A stretch of 12,323 nucleotides of DNA from a virus: UHGV virus genome UHGV-1615994; one strand, 5' to 3'. This document shows, one piece after another, positions 1 to 8,050 of the stretch. A program made the translations under genes and the position numbers. How positions within the stretch are numbered: position 1 is the first letter of the stretch; each line of letters starts with the position of its first letter. The notes beneath the pieces are model-generated. The model had not been told where the DNA came from, did not search any database, and saw nothing but the letters and a program-made list of their open reading frames with translations.

Positions 1-114
1 CCTTATGCATGATTTTGCATCCATTTTTTATTTTATTTTTTGGGGGGCGCATTAGGCCCGATATGGTTTTTGGAGACGATGCGTTTGCATCAAAACAGCC
101 CCATGAAGCGGGCG

Positions 115-133
115 GGCGAGGCGGGGAAAGCAC
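115..133. other. cos: Phage cohesive-end site (cos), 19 nt GGCGAGGCGGGGAAAGCAC
   Basis: Exact 19-mer at 115-133 matches the P2 cohesive-end sequence as I recall it. It sits about 170 bp from the 3' end of Q, as expected for the P2 left end. Recalled, not searched. Confidence 0.6.
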
Positions 134-275
134 TGCGCGCTGGCGGTGGTGCTGATTTTATTTTTTCAGCGTCTGAGCGCGTCGTGATGGCGTTTAGATT
201 GTGCGCCGGGGCGTTGGTGTGTCTGCGGGGTGTTTTGTGCGGTGGTGAGCGTGTGAGGGCGTGATGGCGGGTTGT

Positions 276-297
276 AAAAAAGCCGCCCGCAGGCGGC
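276..297 (-). terminator. Intrinsic terminator of the P-Q operon
   Basis: Perfect 6-bp GC stem (282-287 GCCGCC, 292-297 GGCGGC) with 4-nt loop, followed on the minus strand by a run of six T (plus-strand A at 276-281). It lies a few nt downstream of the Q stop codon (303-305). Confidence 0.55.
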
Positions 298-302
298 GAT
301 GT

Positions 303-1337
303 TCAGCCGTTGTCAGTGTCCAGTGAGTAGTTTTTAAAGCGGATGACCTCCTGACCGAGCCAGCCGTTTATTTCCCGAATCCTGTCCTGTAACGGGATAA
401 GCTCATTGCGGACAAAGACCTTTGCCACTTTCTCAATATCACCCAGCGACCCGACGTTCTCCGGCTTGCCGCCCATCAACTGAAAGGGGATGCGGTGCGC
501 GTCCAGCAGGTCAGCGGCGCTGGCTTTTTTGATATTAAAAAAATCGTCCTTCGTTGCCACTTCACTGAGCGGGATAATTTTAATGCCGTCGGCTTTCCCC
601 TGCGGGGCATAGAGAAACAGGTTTTTAAAGTTGTTGCGGCCTTTCGACTTCACCATGTTTTCGCGAAGCATTTCGATATCGTTGCGATCCTGCACGGCAT
701 CAGTGACGTACATGATGTATCCGGCATGTGCGCCGTTTTCGTAATACTTGCGGCGGAACAGCGTGGCCGACTCATTCAGCCAGGCAGAGTTAAGGGCGCT
801 GAGATATTCCGGCAGACCGTACAGCTCCTGATTAATATCCGGCTCCAGCAGGTGAAACACGGAGCCGGGCGCGAAAGGTGTCGGCTCGTTGAAGGACGGC
901 ACCCACCAGTAAACATCCTCCTCCACGCCACGACGGGTATATTTGGCCGGTGAGGTTTCCAGTCTGATGACCTTACCGGTGGTGCTGTAACGCTTTTCCA
1001 GAAACGCATTACCGAACACCAGAAAATCCAGCACAAAGCGGCTGAAATCCTGCTGGGAAAGCCACGGGTGCGGGATAAACGTTGAAGCCAGAATATTACG
1101 TTTGACGTAAATCGGTGAGCTGTGATGCACGGCAGCACGCAGGCTTTTTGCCAGACCGGTAAAGCTGACCGGTGGCTCATACCATCTGCCGTTACTGATG
1201 CACTCGACGTAATCCAGAATGTCACGGCGGTCGAGTACCGGCACCGGCTCACCAAAGGTGAATGCCTCCATTTTCGGGGCGCTGGCGGTCATTTTTTTTG
1301 CCGCAGGTTGCGGTGTTTTCCCTTTTTTCTTGCTCAT
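303..1337 (-). CDS. Q: Portal protein (P2 gpQ-like), 344 aa
   Basis: Track ORF of 344 aa, same length as P2 gpQ. ATG at 1335-1337 with GGAG about 10 nt upstream on the minus strand; the start overlaps the stop of P by 1 nt. Position next to cos and the large terminase fits the P2 map. Confidence 0.93.
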   Translation of the reverse strand: MSKKKGKTPQPAAKKMTASAPKMEAFTFGEPVPVLDRRDILDYVECISNGRWYEPPVSFTGLAKSLRAAVHHSSPIYVKRNILASTFIPHPWLSQQDFSRFVLDFLVFGNAFLEKRYSTTGKVIRLETSPAKYTRRGVEEDVYWWVPSFNEPTPFAPGSVFHLLEPDINQELYGLPEYLSALNSAWLNESATLFRRKYYENGAHAGYIMYVTDAVQDRNDIEMLRENMVKSKGRNNFKNLFLYAPQGKADGIKIIPLSEVATKDDFFNIKKASAADLLDAHRIPFQLMGGKPENVGSLGDIEKVAKVFVRNELIPLQDRIREINGWLGQEVIRFKNYSLDTDNG

Positions 1338-3109
1338 CAGTAAAACTCCAGAATGGTGGATGTCAGCGGGGTGCTGATACCGGCGGTGAGTGGCTCATTT
1401 AACAGGGCGTGCATGGTCGCCCAGGCGAGGTCGGCGTGGCTGGCTTCCTCGCTGCGGCTGGCCTCATAGGTGGCGCTGCGTCCGCTGCTGGTCATGGTCT
1501 TGCGGATAGCCATAAACGAGCTGGTGATGTCGGTGGCGCTGACGTCATATTCCAGACAGCCACGGCGGATAACGTCTTTTGCCTTGAGCACCATTGCGGT
1601 TTTCATTTCCGGCGTGTAGCGGATGTCGCGCGCGGCGGGATAGAACGAGCGCACGAGCTGGAACACGCCGACACCGAGGCCGGTGGCATCAATACCGATG
1701 TATTCGACGTTGTATTTTTCGGTGAGTTTGCGGATGGATTCCGCCTGGGTGGCAAAGTCCATGCCTTTCCACTGGTGACGCTCAAGTATTCTGAATTTGC
1801 CACCGGCCACCACCGGCGGTGCCAGCACCACGCATCCGGCGCTGTCGCCACGGTGTGACGGGTCGTAACCAATCCATACCGGGCGGGAGCCGAACGGATT
1901 CGCGGCAAACGGCGCATAGTCTTCCCATTCTTCCAGCGTGTCGACCATGCAGCGTTGCAGCTCCTCGAACGGGAACACCGACGCCTTGTCGTCAACAAAT
2001 TCACACATGAACAGGTTTTTAAAATCGTCGGCGCTGTTTTCGCGTTTAAGCTGCTCAATGTCGAACAGCGTGCAGCCACCTTTCAGGGCGTCCTCAATGG
2101 TGACAATCTGCCGCCACTGGCCGTCCGCACAGAGAAGCCCACCGGCAAGGGCGTTATGACTGACGTCGATTTCCACGCGTTCGGCGGCGCTGGCGCGTCC
2201 CCGGTTGAACAGTTCACCCGACCAGAACGGGTAGGCGTCGTGCGCCAGCGTGGACGGGGTGGAGAAATAGGTCGAGCGCAGGTGACTCTGTGAGGCCATA
2301 CCTGATGCCACCTTACGCAGCACCTGAAAATTCGGGATCCAGAAAATCTCGTCGACGTACAGGTCGCCGTTATGGCTCTGTGCGGTGTTGGAGTTGGTGC
2401 CGAGAAAAATCAGTTTTGCGCCGTTATTGCCCAGGACAATCGGGTCACCGGTCAGGTCAACGTCAACCAGCCGGGCAAAGGCGATGATGTATTCGCGGAA
2501 CACATACGCCTGCGTTTTACTGGCCGACAGAAAAATCTGGTTATGACCGGTTTTCAGGGCGCGCAGCAGCGCCTCGCGGGAAAAATAAAACGTCGCGCCA
2601 ATCTGGCGGGATTTCAGGATATCGCGGATGCGGTGCTCAAGCCCGGCGCGATACCAGTGCAACTGATATTCGAAAGACTGCTCAAAGAAAATCTGCTCCA
2701 GCTTTTCGATGGCCTCGTCACTGAAAAAATTCTTTTTCGGTTTGCGCCGCCCGCCTTTGTTGCGGTTAGCGACGTTCGGATTAAGGTCTGCCTCGTTGCC
2801 GGTCTGGCTGTAGCGGTTTACCCGTGCCAGTCGTTCAATCTGGCGTCCCAGCAGGTCAATTTCCTTGAAGTCACCGCCGGTTTTCTGCGGTTTGATGATG
2901 AGCTGGGTCAGCCGCGCTTCCAGACTCATTTCGACACGGCTGATGGGGGCAACGCTGTCCCAGCCGTCGCGCTGTTTCCAGCTCTGCACCGTCGGGCGTT
3001 TCATCTGCAACATGGCGGCAATCTGCGGCACGGAAAACCCCTGCCAGTACAGCAGCGCCGCCTGACGACGCGGGTCGTGTAAAAGAGTGGTGTCTGTGGT
3101 GATGGTCAT
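1337..3109 (-). CDS. P: Terminase large (ATPase/endonuclease) subunit (P2 gpP-like), 590 aa
   Basis: Track ORF 1337-3139 opens at a TTG. The internal ATG at 3107-3109 (MTITTDTTLLHDPRRQ...) has a GAGG Shine-Dalgarno and gives 590 aa, the P2 gpP length. An HTH-like segment (GFSVPQIAAMLQMKRPTVQSWKQR) is present near the N-terminus. Confidence 0.93.
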   Translation of the reverse strand: MTITTDTTLLHDPRRQAALLYWQGFSVPQIAAMLQMKRPTVQSWKQRDGWDSVAPISRVEMSLEARLTQLIIKPQKTGGDFKEIDLLGRQIERLARVNRYSQTGNEADLNPNVANRNKGGRRKPKKNFFSDEAIEKLEQIFFEQSFEYQLHWYRAGLEHRIRDILKSRQIGATFYFSREALLRALKTGHNQIFLSASKTQAYVFREYIIAFARLVDVDLTGDPIVLGNNGAKLIFLGTNSNTAQSHNGDLYVDEIFWIPNFQVLRKVASGMASQSHLRSTYFSTPSTLAHDAYPFWSGELFNRGRASAAERVEIDVSHNALAGGLLCADGQWRQIVTIEDALKGGCTLFDIEQLKRENSADDFKNLFMCEFVDDKASVFPFEELQRCMVDTLEEWEDYAPFAANPFGSRPVWIGYDPSHRGDSAGCVVLAPPVVAGGKFRILERHQWKGMDFATQAESIRKLTEKYNVEYIGIDATGLGVGVFQLVRSFYPAARDIRYTPEMKTAMVLKAKDVIRRGCLEYDVSATDITSSFMAIRKTMTSSGRSATYEASRSEEASHADLAWATMHALLNEPLTAGISTPLTSTILEFY

Positions 3110-3282
3110 GAATACCTCGCCGTGATGAATACACGGCAAGGCTACTGAGTCGCGCCCCGCGATTCGCTAAGGTGCTGTTGTGTCAGTGATAAGCCATCCG
3201 GGACTGATGGCGGAGGATGCGCATCGTCGGGAAACTGATGCCGACATGTGACTCCTCTAATCACTATTCAGGACTCCTGACA
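3110..3282. promoter_or_regulatory. Divergent late-promoter region (P-Q leftward, O-operon rightward)
   Basis: 173-bp non-coding gap between divergently transcribed P and O; in P2 this interval carries the two Ogr-dependent late promoters. I found only partial dyads (for example TGT-N12-CAC at 3247-3264), no perfect TGT-N12-ACA, so exact sites are not assigned. Confidence 0.45.
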
Positions 3283-4137
3283 ATGGCAAAAAAAGTCTCA
3301 AAATTCTTTCGTATCGGCGTTGAGGGTGACACCTGTGACGGGCGTGTCATCAGTGCGCAGGATATTCAGGAAATGGCCGAAACCTTTGACCCGCGAGTCT
3401 ATGGTTGCCGCATTAACCTGGAACATCTGCGCGGCATCCTGCCTGACGGTATTTTTAAGCGTTATGGCGATGTGGCCGAACTGAAGGCCGAAAAGATTGA
3501 CGATGATTCGGCGCTGAAAGGCAAATGGGCGCTGTTTGCGAAAATCACCCCGACCGATGACCTTATCGCGATGAACAAGGCCGCGCAGAAGGTCTATACC
3601 TCAATGGAAATTCAGCCGAACTTTGCCAACACCGGCAAGTGTTATCTGGTGGGGCTGGCCGTCACCGATGACCCGGCAAGCCTCGGCACGGAATACCTGG
3701 AATTCTGCCGCACGGCAAAACACAACCCCCTGAACCGCTTCAAATTAAGCCCTGAAAACCTGATTTCAGTGGCAACGCCCGTTGAGCTGGAATTTGAAGA
3801 CCTGCCTGAAACCGTGTTCACCGCCCTGACCGAAAAGGTGAAGTCCATTTTTGGCCGCAAACAGGCCAGCGATGACGCCCGTCTGAATGACGTGCATGAA
3901 GCGGTGACCGCTGTTGCTGAACATGTGCAGGAAAAACTGAGCGCCACTGAGCAGCGCCTCGCTGAGATGGAAACCGCCTTTTCCGCACTTAAGCAGGAGG
4001 TGACTGACAGGGCGGATGAAACCAGCCAGGCATTCACCCGCCTGAAAAACAGTCTCGACCACACCGAAAGTCTGACCCAGCAGCGCCGCAGCAAGGCCAC
4101 CGGTGGTGGCGGTGACGCCCTGATGACGAACTGCTGA
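3283..4137 (+). CDS. O: Capsid scaffolding protein (P2 gpO-like), 284 aa
   Basis: Track ORF 3217-4137. The internal ATG at 3283 (MAKKVSKFFRIGVEG...) has AGGA 9 nt upstream and gives 284 aa, the P2 gpO length. The C-terminal half has coiled-coil-like composition. Confidence 0.92.
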   Translation: MAKKVSKFFRIGVEGDTCDGRVISAQDIQEMAETFDPRVYGCRINLEHLRGILPDGIFKRYGDVAELKAEKIDDDSALKGKWALFAKITPTDDLIAMNKAAQKVYTSMEIQPNFANTGKCYLVGLAVTDDPASLGTEYLEFCRTAKHNPLNRFKLSPENLISVATPVELEFEDLPETVFTALTEKVKSIFGRKQASDDARLNDVHEAVTAVAEHVQEKLSATEQRLAEMETAFSALKQEVTDRADETSQAFTRLKNSLDHTESLTQQRRSKATGGGGDALMTNC

Positions 4138-4195
4138 CCGGCGTCAGTCAGTCCGGGAAAACCTTCACGATTAACCCTTAATTTCAGGAAAAACT

Positions 4196-5269
4196 ATGCG
4201 CCAGGAAACCCGCTTTAAATTTAATGCCTACCTGTCCCGTGTTGCCGAACTGAACGGCATCGACGCCGGTGATGTGTCGAAAAAATTCACCGTTGAACCG
4301 TCGGTCACCCAGACCCTGATGAACACCATGCAGGAGTCCTCTGACTTTCTGACCCGCATCAATATTGTGCCGGTCAGCGAAATGAAAGGGGAAAAAATTG
4401 GCATCGGTGTCACCGGCTCCATCGCCAGCACCACCGACACCGCCGGTGGCACCGAGCGTCAGCCGAAGGACTTCTCGAAGCTGGCGTCAAACAAGTACGA
4501 ATGCGACCAGATTAACTTCGATTTTTATATCCGCTACAAAACGCTTGACCTGTGGGCGCGTTATCAGGATTTCCAGCTCCGTGTCCGTAACGCCATTATC
4601 AAACGCCAGTCCCTTGATTTAATCATGGCCGGTTTTAACGGCGTGAGGCGTGCCGAAACCTCTGACCGCAGCAGCAATCCGATGCTGCAGGATGTGGCGG
4701 TCGGCTGGCTGCAGAAATACCGCAATGAAGCCCCGGCGCGCGTGATGAGCAAGGTCACTGACGAGGAAGGGCACACCACCTCTGAGGTTATCCGCGTGGG
4801 TAAGGGCGGTGATTATGCCAGCCTTGACGCACTGGTGATGGATGCGACCAACAACCTGATTGAACCGTGGTATCAGGAAGACCCTGACCTTGTGGTGATT
4901 GTGGGGCGTCAGCTACTGGCGGACAAGTATTTCCCCATCGTTAACAAGGAGCAGGACAACAGCGAAATGCTGGCCGCTGACGTCATCATCAGCCAGAAAC
5001 GCATCGGTAACCTGCCAGCGGTACGCGTCCCGTACTTCCCGGCGGATGCGATGCTCATCACGAAGCTGGAAAACCTGTCCATCTACTACATGGATGACAG
5101 CCATCGCCGCGTGATTGAGGAAAACCCGAAACTCGACCGCGTGGAGAACTACGAGTCAATGAACATTGATTACGTGGTGGAAGACTACGCCGCCGGTTGT
5201 CTGGTGGAAAAAATTAAGGTCGGTGATTTCTCCACACCGGCTAAGGCGACCGCAGAGCCGGGAGCGTAA
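4196..5269 (+). CDS. N: Major capsid protein (P2 gpN-like), 357 aa
   Basis: 357-aa ORF with AGGAAA Shine-Dalgarno upstream of the ATG; length and position match P2 gpN. Confidence 0.94.
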   Translation: MRQETRFKFNAYLSRVAELNGIDAGDVSKKFTVEPSVTQTLMNTMQESSDFLTRINIVPVSEMKGEKIGIGVTGSIASTTDTAGGTERQPKDFSKLASNKYECDQINFDFYIRYKTLDLWARYQDFQLRVRNAIIKRQSLDLIMAGFNGVRRAETSDRSSNPMLQDVAVGWLQKYRNEAPARVMSKVTDEEGHTTSEVIRVGKGGDYASLDALVMDATNNLIEPWYQEDPDLVVIVGRQLLADKYFPIVNKEQDNSEMLAADVIISQKRIGNLPAVRVPYFPADAMLITKLENLSIYYMDDSHRRVIEENPKLDRVENYESMNIDYVVEDYAAGCLVEKIKVGDFSTPAKATAEPGA

Positions 5270-5272
5270 CCG

Positions 5273-6016
5273 ATGACGAGTCCCGCACAGCGCCACATGA
5301 TGCGGGTCTCGGCAGCGATGACCGCGCAGCGGGAAGCCGCCCCGCTGCGACATGCAACTGTCTATGAGCAGATGCTGGTTAAGCTCGCCGCAGACCAGCG
5401 CACACTGAAAGCGATTTATTCAAAAGAGCTGAAGGCCGCGAAAAAACGCGAACTGCTGCCGTTCTGGTTGCCGTGGGTGAACGGCGTGCTGGAGCAGGGC
5501 AAAGGTGCACAGGATGACATTCTGATGACGGTCATGCTGTGGCGTCTGGATACCGGCGATATTGCCGGTGCGCTGGAGATTGCCCGTTATGCCCTGAAGT
5601 ACGGTCTGACCATGCCGGGTAAACACCGCCGCACCCCGCCGTACATGTTCACCGAGGAGGTGGCGCTTGCGGCCATGCGCGCTCACGCTGCCGGTGAATC
5701 TGTGGATATCCGCCTGCTGACGGAGACCCTTGAACTGACCGCCACGGCTGACATGCCTGATGAAGTGCGCGCAAAGCTGCACAAAATCACCGGTCTGTTT
5801 CTGCGTGACGCTGGTGATGCCGCCGGTGCGCTGGCTCACCTGCAACGTGCGACACAGCTCGACTGTCAGGCAGGCGTCAAAAAAGAGATTGAACGACTGG
5901 AGCGGGAGCTGAAACCGAAGCCGGAGCCGCAGCCCAAAGCGGCCACCCGTACCCCGCGTAAGACCCGGAGCGTGACACCGGCAAAACGTGGACGCCCGAA
6001 AAAGAAAGCCAGTTAA
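5273..6016 (+). CDS. M: Terminase small (DNA-recognition) subunit (P2 gpM-like), 247 aa
   Basis: 247-aa ORF starting 4 nt after the N stop, GGGAG Shine-Dalgarno upstream. Ends in a basic, proline-rich tail (KPKPEPQPK...PAKRGRPKKKAS). Confidence 0.92.
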   Translation: MTSPAQRHMMRVSAAMTAQREAAPLRHATVYEQMLVKLAADQRTLKAIYSKELKAAKKRELLPFWLPWVNGVLEQGKGAQDDILMTVMLWRLDTGDIAGALEIARYALKYGLTMPGKHRRTPPYMFTEEVALAAMRAHAAGESVDIRLLTETLELTATADMPDEVRAKLHKITGLFLRDAGDAAGALAHLQRATQLDCQAGVKKEIERLERELKPKPEPQPKAATRTPRKTRSVTPAKRGRPKKKAS

Positions 6017-6115
6017 CAACCGAATGCGCCCCGCGCCAGGGCGGCACGCCGGTCAGTGAGGGTGAATCACCTGACACTGCACCGGCGTCCACCGCCCGAC
6101 TTTTCTGAGGTAGTC

Positions 6116-6625
6116 ATGATGACGCTGATTATTCCGCGAAAGGAGGCTCCCGTGTCCGGTGAGGGTACGGTGGTCATCCCGCAACCGGCAGGCGACGAGC
6201 CGGTGATTAAAAACACGTTCTTTTTTCCCGATATCGACCCGAAGCGCGTCCGGGAACGTATGCGCCTTGAGCAGACCGTCGCCCCCGCCCGTCTGCGTGA
6301 GGCCATCAAGTCAGGCATGGCGGAGACGAATGCGGAGCTGTACGAGTACCGCGAACAGAAAATTGCCGCCGGTTTTACGCGTCTGGCGGACGTCCCGGCG
6401 GACGATATCGACGGTGAAAGCATCAAGGTTTTTTACTACGAGCGCGCCGTGTGTGCGATGGCGACCGCATCGCTTTATGAGCGTTATCGCGGCGTGGATG
6501 CCAGTGCGAAAGGCGACAAGAAGGCCGACAGCATTGACAGCACCATTGATGAGCTGTGGCGGGATATGCGCTGGGCAGTGGCGCGCATCCAGGACAAGCC
6601 GCGCTGCATCGTGAGTCAAATCTGA
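6116..6625 (+). CDS. L: Head completion/stabilisation protein (P2 gpL-like), 169 aa
   Basis: Track ORF 6056-6625 opens at a GTG with no Shine-Dalgarno. The ATG at 6116 (MMTLIIPRKEAP...) has GAGG 5 nt upstream and gives 169 aa, the P2 gpL length. Confidence 0.88.
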   Translation: MMTLIIPRKEAPVSGEGTVVIPQPAGDEPVIKNTFFFPDIDPKRVRERMRLEQTVAPARLREAIKSGMAETNAELYEYREQKIAAGFTRLADVPADDIDGESIKVFYYERAVCAMATASLYERYRGVDASAKGDKKADSIDSTIDELWRDMRWAVARIQDKPRCIVSQI

Positions 6626-6828
6626 TGAAGACCTTTGCGCTACAGGGCGACACGCTCGACGCCATTTGTGTCCGGTATTACGGGCGCACTGAGGGCGTGG
6701 TTGAGACCGTGCTCGCCGCAAATCCGGGACTGGCTGAACTGGGTGCGGTGCTGCCGCACGGCACCGCCGTCGAACTGCCCGACGTTCAGACCGCGCCCGT
6801 GGCTGAAACTGTCAATCTGTGGGAGTAA
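6625..6828 (+). CDS. X: Tail protein X (P2 gpX-like), 67 aa, LysM-like
   Basis: ATG at 6625 overlaps the L stop (TGATG). The 67-aa product (MKTFALQGDTLDAICVRYYG...LPHGTAVELPDV) fits the LysM-type pattern (GDTL..I...Y, N..L, G..L.IP). Confidence 0.85.
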   Translation: MKTFALQGDTLDAICVRYYGRTEGVVETVLAANPGLAELGAVLPHGTAVELPDVQTAPVAETVNLWE

Positions 6829-6831
6829 CGC

Positions 6832-7113
6832 ATGACAGCAGAAGAAAAAAGCGTCCTGTCGCTTTTCATGATTGGGGTGCTGATTGTTGTCGGCAAGGTG
6901 CTTGCCGGTGGTGAACCCATCACCCCGCGTCTGTTTATCGGGCGCATGTTGCTCGGTGGTTTTGTCTCGATGGTTGCCGGTGTTGTTCTGGTGCAGTTTC
7001 CTGACCTGTCACTGCCTGCGGTGTGCGGCATCGGCTCCATGCTGGGTATCGCCGGTTATCAGGTGATTGAGATTGCCATTCAGCGCCGCTTTAAGGGCAG
7101 GGGGAAACCGTAA
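6832..7113 (+). CDS. Y: Holin (P2 gpY-like), 93 aa
   Basis: 93-aa ORF with GGGAG Shine-Dalgarno; hydrophobic membrane segments and a charged C-terminus (RRFKGRGKP); sits immediately upstream of the endolysin. Confidence 0.9.
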   Translation: MTAEEKSVLSLFMIGVLIVVGKVLAGGEPITPRLFIGRMLLGGFVSMVAGVVLVQFPDLSLPAVCGIGSMLGIAGYQVIEIAIQRRFKGRGKP

Positions 7114-7610
7114 TGCCGGTAATTAACACGCATCAGAATATCGCCGCCTTTCTCGACATGCTGGCCGTGTCCGAAGGGACGGCGAATCATCCGCTGACGA
7201 AAAACCGGGGCTATGACGTGATAGTCACCGGACTGGACGGAAAGCCGGAAATTTTCACCGACTACAGTGACCACCCGTTCGCGCATGGCCGACCGGCGAA
7301 GGTGTTTAACCGTCGCGGTGAAAAATCCACGGCCTCCGGTCGCTATCAGCAGCTTTACCTGTTCTGGCCGCATTACCGCAAACAGCTTGCCCTGCCGGAT
7401 TTCAGTCCGTTGTCACAGGACAGACTCGCCATTCAGTTGATCCGCGAACGCGGTGCACTGGATGACATCCGGGCGGGACGCATTGAGCGCGCCATTTCAC
7501 GCTGTCGCAATATCTGGGCGTCCCTGCCGGGTGCCGGTTACGGTCAGCGTGAGCATTCACTGGAAAAACTGGTCACCGTCTGGCGTACCGCTGGCGGCGT
7601 ACCGGCTTAA
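7113..7610 (+). CDS. K: Endolysin, lambda R-like lytic transglycosylase (P2 gpK-like), 165 aa
   Basis: ATG overlaps the Y stop (TAATG), AGGGGGAAA Shine-Dalgarno. Motifs shared with lambda R as recalled: AFLDMLAVSEGT, GYDVIV, FTDYSDHP, GRYQ, DFSP, NIWASLPGAGYGQ. Confidence 0.92.
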   Translation: MPVINTHQNIAAFLDMLAVSEGTANHPLTKNRGYDVIVTGLDGKPEIFTDYSDHPFAHGRPAKVFNRRGEKSTASGRYQQLYLFWPHYRKQLALPDFSPLSQDRLAIQLIRERGALDDIRAGRIERAISRCRNIWASLPGAGYGQREHSLEKLVTVWRTAGGVPA

Positions 7611-7624
7611 ACGGAGTAAACACC

Positions 7625-8050
7625 ATGAAGAAATTATCCCTTTCACTGATGCTGAACGTGTCGCTGGCGCTGATGCTGGCACTGTCCCTGATTTACCCGC
7701 AGAGCGTGGCCGTCAATTTTGTCGCCGCCTGGGCGATTCTGGCGACGGTTATCTGTGTGGTTGCCGGTGGTGTCGGCGTGTATGCCACTGAGTATGTGCT
7801 GGAACGCTACGGGCGGGAGCTGCCGCCGGAATCGCTGGCCGTGAAGATTGTCACGTCGCTGTTTTTGCAGCCGGTGCCGTGGCGCAGACGGGCGGCGGCT
7901 CTGGTGGTGATGGTGGCGACGTTTATCTCGCTGGTCGCTGCCGGGTGGATTTTTACCGCGCTGATTTATCTCGTGGTATCGGTGTTCTTCCGGCTGATAC
8001 GTACGGCCTGCCGTCAGCGTTTTGAGGGGCGGGAACCATGTCAAAGCTGA
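7625..8050 (+). CDS. lysA: Lysis-timing membrane protein (P2 LysA-like), 141 aa
   Basis: 141-aa ORF with ACGGAG Shine-Dalgarno; several hydrophobic helices; position and length match P2 lysA. Confidence 0.85.
   Translation: MKKLSLSLMLNVSLALMLALSLIYPQSVAVNFVAAWAILATVICVVAGGVGVYATEYVLERYGRELPPESLAVKIVTSLFLQPVPWRRRAAALVVMVATFISLVAAGWIFTALIYLVVSVFFRLIRTACRQRFEGREPCQS

Noticed and set aside
40-264. 74-aa plus-strand ORF spanning the cos site
   Set aside because: It crosses the cos 19-mer and the GT-rich non-coding tract, has no convincing Shine-Dalgarno and low-complexity Gly/Ala/Arg/Cys composition; best explained as a composition artefact.
2372-3082. 236-aa plus-strand ORF antisense to the large terminase gene, with several further antisense ORFs inside P and Q (495-953, 776-1255, 1409-1858, 1603-2079, 1955-2293)
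   Set aside because: All lie wholly inside strongly supported genes on the opposite strand or in another frame, lack Shine-Dalgarno sequences, and have the Arg/Ala/Gly-rich composition typical of shadow ORFs.
3217-3282. Upstream in-frame extensions of O (from 3217), L (from GTG 6056), X (from 6556) and P (from TTG 3139)
   Set aside because: The internal ATGs carry proper Shine-Dalgarno sequences and give the expected P2 protein lengths (284, 169, 67, 590 aa); the extensions start at weak or alternative codons without ribosome-binding sites.
5420-6019. 199-aa minus-strand ORF antisense to M, and similar antisense or alternative-frame ORFs across the N, L, K, lysA, V and J regions
   Set aside because: Same reasoning: embedded opposite well-supported late genes, no translation signals, shadow-ORF composition.
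6026-6042. Possible intrinsic terminator after M
   Set aside because: Only a 5-bp stem and no downstream T-tract; the M-L-X genes are expected to be co-transcribed, so it is not listed as a terminator feature.
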